From Phallusia mammillata (Eukaryota), in assembly GCA_965637545.1 (NCBI GenBank), contig OZ281498.1:2542001-2606000 (forward strand): 64,000 nucleotides of DNA, read 5' to 3'. The translations under genes were made by a program, and so were the position numbers. The notes beneath the pieces were generated by a model that worked only from the letters and a program-made list of their open reading frames with translations, was not told where the DNA came from and did no database searches. Shown one piece after another: positions 13,001 through 25,000 of the stretch. Position 1 is the stretch's first letter; every line of letters starts with the position of its first letter.

Positions 13001-16000
13001 ACAAATATTTGAAAACAATTGTTGATATAAAGTGGCGGATTAAGATTATATTGATTCCCAGGTTGAAACTTTGAAATTAGCTCTATTCGCATGTATATTA
13101 ATACAGATAAAACTTTCGTAACTAGGGCAAAAAGGCCAAAACTTAGGAATTGTGGGGCCCTTAATTGTGACTGTAGATCAGTCAGCTATTTATATGCTTT
13201 CTAAACTTTCCTATGTTGTGGACAAATTCAAACCGATAGTACAGATTCGGGTCGACGTATAAGAGAATAAAAGCACTAATTTCCGGTAGTGCTATTTAGT
13301 CACAAAAGTTGCAAAGTTAAACCCGCGAGGCATTTAAATGATTTCAATCAGCTCTTCACAAAACAACACAATCTGCTGTTAGCGGTTTGGTATTTTCTGA
13401 AACGAAGCACATCGCCTGTGGCAGAGCAAGGTTTGATGTTGTGTCATGTGAACGCCGATTTGATCACGTTATCCAATATTACGACGTCGAAAACAATAAA
13501 AAAGAAAATAATCTTAACAAAATCCGAACCTTGTTGGTTCGAACCCGGGCCGTTTGTTTTGTGATTATAAAATAGGGAATTCAACTCAAAACCTTTAATG
13601 AAGCATTACTAAATCAGTATACAAATAGATTCATCTTGTTTACATTTTGCTATGCTTTTTGAAAACGTTTGTCCTAATCTTTCATATTGTTCACAGGGTT
13701 ATGAAAGCAGCAGTACCATAAGCTTTGTAGTGCAAAGATACGGTAAGTAGACGATAATATCATATTTGGAAACAACCAGATTTTTACGAAATATTGATAG
13801 CTTTTGAAACGTTGTTTAATTCCAATTTAATGTGAGGATTAATGTCCAATAATCATGTCGTTATTTTAGAAACACGTCTGAACCTTACTGATGCGTAGTT
13901 AAGAAAACTGATGTAGGCTATCACTAACAAGATAGTAGCACCCAATTAATTCACTAAGTTTTAAGTCAGGTTCGGGCTTTAGATCGATAAAAAGAGACAT
14001 GATTCGTGCCTGACGGTTCATGTGTATCGCAATTTTTCGGGTAAACGGGTGAATCGACTGAAGGGCTTTCTGTGTTGGTTTGCGGCCTACAATATAGTAT
14101 GACCCTCACCCATCTCACTTAAAAGACCCAGTAAACTAAGATATGGAAATGGTTAGTAAATGAGGAAAAAAACATCTTTGAGAACCAATGGGTTGGAGAA
14201 ATAAATACTTTTTTTCCTTTCAGTGTTGCCGACGTTTCAAGTAAAAATCGAAACCAAACCTTACATTCTACTTTCCGACGACGATATAAAGGGAAAGATT
14301 AAAGCTGAATACAGGTAACGCATTTAAATGTGAGATGTTGTAGTTGATAGGTTAAAAAACAAAGCATTAAATAATGACTGGTTGTATTTTTAACATACGG
14401 CTATTGCTGTTTTTCTGTGGTGGTTGACTGCTTTGGTAATAGATTTAAAAGACTTAGTGGTTTCTGATCATTTTGTTAGACAAATTTGTTTCTTACAGCC
14501 AACTAGATTATTATGTTTCCCCTTCCTTTCAAAGTTTCGTAAATTTTAAAAGTAATTGTGAGTTTAGCTAACAACGCTAACAAAATATAGAGTTTTCAAC
14601 TTAAAGTTAACTCCAATCCCTCATAACGTGGACTTTCACATTTACTCCTGATCCTTATAGTTATGGAGAGAAAGTAACGGGAAGTTATTTCCTGTCGGTG
14701 AAACTGAGAAAAAATCCAGATAGCAAAGCAGTTGAAATCTTCAGGATACCGGGAGAATATGAATTCGAGGTGAGAGTTTGTTAAACCGGTGCTTCTTAAC
14801 TCTTCGACTATATTTGCTTCACTATAACCATTCGCGAAATCAAATCATGAAAACAACGAATATATAGTGTTGTTGCGAGGCTTATTGCATAAACTTTCCT
14901 TTATGACTCGCGTGCTAACACGATGAAGACTCTATTAACCTGTAGTGTTCGATTTTATGTTAATGTTCGCTAATGTGTCTCAAGGTTATAACCGCGTCAC
15001 TACAAATTAAAGAGGTATACCACCGTCCTTAACCTCCCAAGATCCTGAGCTTGTCAGGACAGAGTCGAGTCGAATCCTTAATTCTTTAGCCTAAAAAACG
15101 GATAAAACGTGGTCTACTAGACCAGTGGTCGGCAACCGCCGGTCCGCGGTCCGGTACCGGTCCGCGAGGAGTTCGTTACCGGGCCGTATGATTTTCCAGG
15201 TTAAATGCTATAAAATAATTTGCCTATGTATACCGGGAATGAAAAAAAAAAAAATTTAAGCCTTTTATTGCTAAATATTTGTAATTTTTGGCCGGTCCGC
15301 GAAAAAATTTCAGTTTCAAAACCGGTCCGCAGTGCAAAAAAGGTTGCCGAGCCCTGTACTAGACAACAGAATTTTTACAAAACTTAATTGTATTACATTA
15401 AGAGCGGTGGTACTATGGCAGTTACAAACTTGTTGATCAGAATATTAGAAAACACAATGGGATGTTGTCCTTTCAGGCGTTGTTCGTAAACGGAGTGACA
15501 TCTTTCGAAGTTCCTATCAACTTTATCGATTTGCAACTGAATGCGGAAGAAGGTGAAACCAGAGAAAGTCTTTTCGAGGCTGGAGCTTCCATTCTTATTC
15601 TTGCGACAGTGACAGGTGATTGAGACATTCACAAAATTTGATGTCAACAAAATGTAGAGTTGTATCAATCATGTTGATCAAATACGAAACTGCCATAAAG
15701 GTCGTATACAGAGAATAAAATCTATTGCAAAACGTTTTAAAAATATATTACTTTATTTGCAGGCTCTCCGGTAAATTTTGGCTTTTGTTCAATACATTAT
15801 CTTATTTCGTGCAGATTATTCTTAATTTTTTCGACAATAGTCGTTGCTTAACTCAGAGTAGTTCTCTGTAGGGACATAAAGTCATAGCTTGGGTAAATTG
15901 TTGTGAAATCTGTTTCTTGTTTTTTTGCGGTCCTATTTTCGTTCCCTTTTCGTATGTCTTAAGGCTGTTACCAAGCAAATATACGCTTGTAATCATGGTT

Positions 16001-19000
16001 TCACCATAGATCCATCAGAAATTACCCCCCCAAAAGATTTGAAAGTAGTAACTACCGAAAAACATAGAGATCGTTGTTAAACCTCCAATTGTTTTGTCAC
16101 ATGCAACGTTGTTAAATATTTTGTTCGATATTGTGCAGGATCAGCTGATGGGATTCTTGAATCCGCGCTGACTCAGGGAATTCCACTTGTCAAGTCACCC
16201 TACGTCATCGACTCTACTCGACTTTTGAAACATTACGTTCCTTCACTCAGCTACACCGTACAGGTATTTCTATTAATTAAAAGCTATTAAAACATTATGT
16301 CATATGACTACCTAAATCTTTACCTAAAACATTTTACAGCGTTAACTTTCCGCTAATTTTCTTCAAATTTACGTTAGTTTTTGTACCGTAATGTTACACA
16401 CTAGTAAGCATTCTAGACATACTTCAACTTTCAAATGCAAAAAAATCAAATCAAAATCACTTCAGTAACTGCTTACGAACTGGCATTTTGTCAAAAAGGT
16501 AAAATACACTAGCTAGCCTATAAGTACCAAAAACTAAATTGTACAGATGAATGTAACCTGTCATTTATTTACAATTTTAATATCGTACACGTAACATTAT
16601 AGCAGTAACTATAAAAGACTTTTTTTTCGTAACACAGGTTGACATTAAGGACGCTGTGAAAGGAGCTCATGTAAAAGATGTGCCAGTTGTCATTAAAGGT
16701 TGGTACAGCAAAGTTTAATTGAGAAAGTTGAAACAGTTAATAAATGTTGTCATCCTGAATGAGTTTGCACAAAAAATGTTTGGGTCTTTTCGTTCTCGTG
16801 TATTTCAATTTAAAAAATAATCTTTAAAAAGCCCAAGCCACTAAATTTGGGTAAAACATATTTTGATTTTCCATCATTTAAAAAAGTTATAGAGTATGTA
16901 TCGAATTGACAGAGGAAAGAGTTTGCTTTAAGAGACAGTTTACTCTCAATGTTTAGTGAAGTGATTGATGTCGACTTTATAATTCCATTGATATTACAAT
17001 TGTTTATAACTTTACACCTAGTTGGAGAAGGCGACGACGTCAAAAATTACGAGGATATTGCTGATGGAAATGGTCAGATCAACGTCCTGCTAGATTTTAC
17101 GCAACCGGGAAATCAGGTAAAAATGTTGCTCATTTACTCGAAACAAAGATTTACCAAGACACTTGGTTGTTGGTTTAAATCCAACTAAACCCTCTAGCTG
17201 GTATAACCAAATTTGTGATCACTTTTTTGATAAGTGTAAAAAATGTGTTACACATAATCTGCGGGTTTTATTTACAATCATTTGAAACGTAACAATTTGT
17301 TTCGGCCAACTACAGAATTCACAATGTGTGGTTGTAGCAAAACGAGACTTTAAAAGTAGAGCAATCAAAAGCCAGAGACCTTGTTAACAACGAATTCATT
17401 CTATTAAATACGTTTCGACAATCGTTTGGCACTGATGATGACAATAGGGATTGTTAAAAAAAGTTTAATGATAGAATGTGCTTGCTATAAACCAACTGTC
17501 AGTCAATTTTGTTTATTCGCATCTTTGTGCCAAACGATTGTCGAAATTTTTGTTTATTCACATCTTTGTGCCAACGTTTCAACAATCAGCAGTTGACAAC
17601 CTGCACTAATGATGACAACAGCGATTGTTGAAACGTCAGCTCTGGTGTGTATTCTAAATACACAAGCTATCTGGCAGTAACAGTTTTTTAGTAGTTAATT
17701 ATTTACATACAAGTGTTCCTAAATTAAAAACTAAAATTAACAATCTAAATATTCTCGAATGCTTTGACAGCGCCTTGAAGTTACGACCAACGACGCAAAC
17801 TTAGGCAACGCGGATCAAGCAAACGGTGTGTTCCTAATCGAACCGTACGTATCCAGCAGTAAAAGTTATTTGCAGGTGAGTGGCAATCTGTAGCTTATGT
17901 TTAAATGGTTCGGGCCTGATTTCACACATTTCAACAAAGCAAACTGAACTTCCAGGCCTAATTAGGGCTTTATTTACAAACAATCGGGTTCGGGTCGGAT
18001 TTGGGGCCAGTTACTACTCTGTTTCAAACAAGTATATTTAGATAAAGTTTACATTGTAATACAACGATGAATGTTAAAACCCCTCGGTTAAAGCAAATCA
18101 ATTAGTTCCAGATCAAAGTAACAACGATTTCACTTATTCACCATCGTCAGACCTTATTCAAATAGAATTAAAACAAACGTTTTAGTTTTGAAAGCATGAA
18201 ACAAACTTGGTTGTGATACAGTATATCTTTAATGTTAGCTTTAATGTTTGGTTCTGTCGCGCAAAACTTTGGCTGTGTTGACATGCATTTTAAAAAGTTT
18301 TTTGAATACACAGATTACAAGCCTCGAAAAAGTTGTGGAAAGAGGACGTCGAATGTCGTTTGTTCTTGACTTCCATCCGCTGCCAGCACCTCCAGAGATC
18401 AGAATTTTGGTACGAAGTGTTAAAAGTTGAATTATAACGAAGAAACATTGTGCAAGATTTTACTTTATGTACTCCATGATCACTTTCAATGAATCAGTTA
18501 CTTGATGATACTTTTAATACTTTGTTATGATGATTTTATTAAATACTTCAATAACGTGATGATTAGTTTCAATAATTCATGATCTGCATAGATTTAAATT
18601 TTACTCTAAGAATTCTCTAACTTGAAGATAATTTTTATTACTTCATAATAACCGGATAACTAGTCCATGTTGAACTAACAGCGAAAGTGCTACTGATTAA
18701 GTTTCAGCTAATCGCTTTTTGAATCGTTTCGTTTAGAGCGAGTCATGCTTTTTTAAAGCAGGGAAAAAAACTGTATAACTGTTTGAAAAAAATATATGAT
18801 TTTTAATTTGACGCGTTTAAAACTATATTCTTTTGATTGTCAGAAGGTTTAATAATTAAAAAAGGTTTAGCTAAGTATGTTGCTATGAAATCTACGTTTA
18901 GTTTTCTATTTGAATTAAATAAACATGAACCGTTGGTGTTATTTAATTTAGCTTCACAGAATGTTTTTTTTTCACTTTTTAGATCCTCGCCCGTGGTTCC

Positions 19001-22000
19001 ATCGTGTATTCAGATGTCGTTGAAACAACAGCTGACAACCAGGTAGCGACGAAACGAATCGTTACCACCCAAAGTATGATTCCTTCTGCAAGAATTGTCG
19101 CTTACTACATGAAGGGAGCCGAAGTTGTGTCCTCCTCCATGTTTTTCGAAGTTATCAACCAATGCAAAGACGTAAGACAAGATAACATAGCAAACAACAT
19201 TGGGTTTAACGTTTTAAAGTTGTTTGTAAATTACACGAGTCTAAGGCGGCTAATATCCCGTTTCCATGGCCGTTGGTCCGATCGGACTTTTAAAAGTCCG
19301 ATCGGACCTCCTCGCGAGGAGGTCCGCGAAAACACTGAACAAAATGCTGAGTCATTCCTTATTGCGTCCGATCGGACAGAAATAGCGGAAAAGTCCGATC
19401 GGACCAACGGCCATGGAAACGGGATATAAGTTTGGAAAATTGTCTGTAGTTAAATGTATCCAAGACCTTTGCTTAAAACATTGGAATTTTGTTTGTAATT
19501 TGTAATTATAAGCCTAACTTTATTCGTAATATAAATGAATGCTTTGTCACATAACAATGGCGTTACATGTATCATAAATCTATTAGGAAATCCCTGTATA
19601 CTTTTCGTAGTCTCTTGATAACCTCTACAATGTTTTGTTTAGTAATGTTTCTATGATACGCAGCCCTCAACTTTTTTGTTCAGTTTTTGATTTTTTTTAC
19701 TGAGGCTTTGTTGCAATCAGGGTTGAAATTTCGGGAAAAATTTGACAAGTACTGGTTCGTTCCGGTAACAAAATAATTATGTCATGATACTGTACACATG
19801 TGGAAATAGCTTTAATGCTGGTTTTACCGACTTTTCTTACTTGAAATGCTTTTTTAGGAATTGGAAATTTCAGGCCCGGCGGAAGTTTTGCCCGGCAGAG
19901 ATATTGATTTGAATATAACAGGTGAGGATATGTAACACAATAAGTTCAAACTGCCCCAGAACATGTAACCAAATGCCAAATGTTCACTTTTTTATTCCGC
20001 TATCTAAGGTAGCAGCAGGCATTAACGCCAACTGCTTATAATGTTTAATGTAAGTTATAACAGTAAGAATCTTGTATTGTTTGACTTTTACAACGAAGTA
20101 ACTCTTATTAATGAAATATCCTTGCAAACAAAGAAAAGGACTGCTATGATTCAGCGTCATTAATTTATGACTGCAGGATAATTCGAGGTAAAAACAAATT
20201 CTCGATTTTTATAAACCCTACATACTCACAACGGTTTACAAAGTTTGCAAACTGTTCGTTTCTTAGTTGTAGGAAGCAGTTTACATATGGGTCTTAATAC
20301 CATGTTTTTTTGTCAAAAAACTGTTTGCCACTACTGCAACGTGTCTTTGTAAAATGCTAAACCCGTCACAACCAACATTTTGAACACTAGGGTCGCCAAA
20401 CTCTATCGTGAGCTTGGTGGGAGTCGATCGAGCGGCTTATTTCTTGTACGACAAGAGCAGACTAACGAGAGATGTGATGTTCAAAAAGATGGGAACATTC
20501 GACCAAGGATGTGTACAACAGGGAGGAAAAAACGGAGAAGACGTTTTTGATGTGAGTAAACTTTTGTTATATATCAACAGTCACTTGTAGCCTTTTAAAA
20601 GCTTTTAAGATTGACATTGTTATGAAGATTTTATTTCGTAATTTTTAATAGTTTACTTTTTATTTTGTTGCTCAGGAACAATAAAAACGCGGGGTGAACT
20701 TACCTGTTATCAAAAATATAATTGACATGAAAGCCTGTTGTATAAAGTAAATACAGTATATTAGAGACTTCAGAAATCGTTGTGGCTTGTAGAAAAACAG
20801 TAAGGCAAAATAATGTTTCTTTTATTATACGTTATAGTACAAACGGCCCGGTAAATGAACACGTTTTTTCTTCCTTTGCACGATTTCAGGGTGCGGGTCT
20901 TATTATCGGCACAAACACGATACAACCAAAGGAAATCCGAAGTATTGCTTGTAATCAGGATTCTAAAAAGCGAAAGAAGCGAGACGTTGCCGATCAAAAC
21001 TTTGACCTTGGTGAGATTGTGAAGGACAAAAATTTCAGTGTGACATTAAAAGCACGAAAACCGTGGTTGCTTTGAAAACTAACATTATGTGTCTTTCCGC
21101 TCACAATAACGCATTCACGATCGGTATTACATTGACAAAACCTTCTGTTTTGAAACAATAAAACCCTTAGACGACAAAACTCTTGCTTAAATTGAACTCA
21201 GTCATAACGGTAAATTCACAATTAGCATTGAAATTAGAACCTTCGACCGTTTCAAAGCAGAAAACCTTTAGAGCAAAACTCTTGCTTAAATCGAAATCAG
21301 TCAGTTTTGGGTAACACATGAACTTATATTTCGTCTACTAAGCAACATTTAATTCTTATTTAAATATAATGTTGAGATTATTTTACAAAAAAACAGGTGC
21401 AAAGCATAAATCGCTTCTGAAAAGCAAAATTTGAAATTTAAATTTGATTTAAAGAGACGATTTTACGCTTCCTGCCGTTGCAACAGGCAAAACATTCTCG
21501 TTGAAGTAGGATTGTACGTCTGATTTGAGGCAATAATTTTTCTTTTTTACGTCTATTGTCTGCGTGAGATTCCATACCTAAAAAAGTGTTTCACCTTATT
21601 CAAATAGAATTTCTTTTCTGAGTTGGTTACAACGGTATAACGCAGGGTTCTTCAACGGCGGCGATATCGCCCCCCAGGGGGCGATTTCGTCCACCGAGGG
21701 GGCGATGGTGACAATTTTTGAATTTGGGGGGCGATTTGACTTTAAAGGGGGGCGATTTCAACATTACTGATTGTATAAATATGTAACTGTGAGACTCAGC
21801 TAACTTTAACTTACACGCAGATTTTATTCGTCTTGCAAACACCAGGGACACAGGGCGCTTTAGCATAAACATGTTGCCATTTGAATACATTGTGTTTGCT
21901 GGTGATTGTTTTATTTTTTGTCAGCGAGGTTGGGCATTTCATTTGCCACAAGGGACACTTTATTCAGGCTATGTATGGTGACGGGCCATACTTTTTAAAT

Positions 22001-25000
22001 TCAACGGTAACGAGCATTCCCTTAAGTTGGTTTGCTTTTTGCACTTTCTATAGGCCTACTGGCGCTTCCCAAACTATAAGTATTTGTAACATTCAATTTG
22101 GCAAATCCATTGCAAGTTGATGTGGAATGTACAGGTTTCTCCTCTACCGAGTAATGCCCTATTATTTTCAACAACAGAAGGCGATTGTTCGCGCATAATC
22201 GTAATATTACCTTGTCTAAGATGTAACAAATTTTCCTCAGCTGCATTATATAGAATTACCAGAAATAGATCCTGCGAGTTGTAGTAGAAATTAAATTAAG
22301 TTTTAACTATTAACTGAAGATTTTGTGTTGCTGGGTGAATCTAACCGCCCACATCAATTTTAAAGGGGGGCGATTTTGAGCCAGTGCCCTTGAAAGGGGT
22401 CAATATCGCTAAAAAGGTTGAAGACCGCTGGTATAACGGAAGAGTTTTTAATTTTAACAGAGGCAGAGTTGTATAAATGCGAGTTGCAAGGAAGACTTGA
22501 AAGCCCCAACCCTGAAGACGACTGTCTGAAACGTGGCAATCGTGTCAGGGATGCTTTTGAGGATATTTACAAAGGCTGCTGGGAACGATTCTTTCAGGCT
22601 TGTGTCAATGAAACTGGTGAAAGGTAAGAATTACTGATGCACCGAAAGTTTTCGCATTGTGAAAGTGATTTTGGTTTGTCATAATTGAGTTTACTTGCTG
22701 TATGCCTAACCCACAAGACCATATACTAGCGGTTTAACATACTTTGTCGGAAAACTTGATGTTTCAAAAAAGTATCATGCTTGAAGAAGGGAGAAATGAA
22801 AGACACTGAATGTCCAAAAATTTAACGATATCTCCTTTACTCACGTGTCTAGTGCTGTTTCCACAATCTCTGCTTTCCTACTGCATTTTGAACAAACGAA
22901 ATGGGTCACGCAACTTGTTTTTGAATTGTTTAGTGTTATAGATTTTAGGCAACGCAATTCTACTGTATATAGTTTAAGCCTTCATGTACATACTGCCTAT
23001 GGATCGCAAGGCGTTTGTGCCGAAAACCACTCAGTCACCTTGGTGGCCTTTATAATAACAACGGAACTTTTTTCCTTTAGAATCATTCGGTTGATTCGCA
23101 GCGAGCAGGGCAAATCTGGAGGTCAACAAGAAGCCGAGCAAGGTGTCGCCGATGCGCTGATCAGAACCGACTTCCAAGACAGTTTATTCTTTACCACTGT
23201 TGCGCTGTAAGTTCAAAGTATGACTTACGGAGCTGAACAGAATGACCCAAGTAAAAAATGACATGCAACATTAGTTGAAAATTTCAGTAGCAAGTTTGTT
23301 TAACTGTTTTTTGGTTTATCCAAATGTGCATAAATCTTAACAACCAAAGGTCCAGTGGAAAATACTAAAGAAGCGTTTCGTCCATTAGGATGCATATACG
23401 AACAAAATTTTGAAGAAGCCCTACCGTTCTGGTGGGCAACTCTTCAGCAAATTAAATTCTAAAAAAAACAACTAATATCTTGTTTGGAATCACACCAGTT
23501 GAACGAACTTTATTCAACAATGGACCAGTAACCCTTAAGGGCAGAAACAATAACAATGTGCATGACCATTTGTCTAGTTTAAATGTTTTACAAAACATAT
23601 GAATACTTAAGTGACATATTATTACAGAAACAATGCCGGTGTTGGATCAAAGAGCACAACATCGCGTCACAGTATTACAACCTTCGACATCGACGCTGTG
23701 AGCATGCAAAGTTCACCAGGTAAAAAAAACGTACTGGTATGTTGCAGTAATTAGTTTTCTTTGGTACACTATACACGGATCTGAAGTTTCATGAAGGGAA
23801 TAACGCTACAACTTCACGTCACTGTTTCGCACCTTTTTATCGATCTTTTATGTGAATCAAGTGTATATAAACGGTAGTAACTGATGTAGCCCTTCATATC
23901 ACTGATGATGGCATGAGCATTTGCCGAAACGTTTCATTCATAAAGCCTGTTGCATTTTACGTCAATTTGGGCCGTTTTACTCGCTTAAAAACTATCATTC
24001 AACATCACAGCTACTCTGACTAATTGACGTAAAGGAACTCTATAATAGCAAGTGAGCAAATCGTTTTAATTTTTACAGATGGGTTCTGTGTTGCCGAACC
24101 CACACAAGTTCGAAGTTTCAAAAAGATTTTTGTCCAACTTTACATCCCATACTCGTTAAAGAAACGTGAGCAGGCCAACCTTAGGTTATCCGTTTTCAAC
24201 TACGATCAACAGAACGACAAAGTGGTAAGTACAAAAATCTTTGTACTGTAACAACTGTGTGTGCCTAAAAGTAAATAATCAGTAAGGTTGAAAATGTTGC
24301 CCTTAATCGTTTTGTTTCCAAGTAAATAAACCACCAAAACTGCAAGACAAGTTTGTAATTTTTTTTTATTGGAGTTGTAAGCGGGTCTAAAATTGGGTCC
24401 AAAACATAAAGTACAAGCCCGAAAACCGGCACGATCAGTTTGCAAAAACAAAAGAAAGCCCATACGATGTAATAGCGGTGAAAATGATGCCGCTTGCAAA
24501 GCCAGGCCCCAGACCCGTTTGTTTCAAGCGAAAAGTCCGCCCCGACAACTCTTAACTATGCAGATTCACAGTCAAATATAAGTTCACAACGTCTAAGTAT
24601 GATCATCGGTCTCCAACCACAATTTGTTAGTGTTTGCTAAAAAAATAAAAACATAATTGCTCCTGGGGTTTAATACAAAAATTTGCACCGTTTTCTTGTT
24701 AAAGTATATTGATACTTTCAAAACTACAAACACCAATCAGCTCTACAGTATAATAGTGTATGTCCTTAATCGGTTATGAGTTGAATTGGAATTTCGCAAC
24801 TGCAACTTACATTGCCAGGTTTCAATTGAAGTGAATCCCGGACCAGGACTGTGTTCATACTTCAAATCAGGTAAAAATATTTTTTGACAACTTCTAAAGT
24901 GCAGGATTTTGTATTAGTTGTGCATAAATTCCCGAAATATGCGGTTTGAAACAGTCTGTAAAAGTACGGGATATTTTTTCAGTTTTTTGTTTGAAAAACC

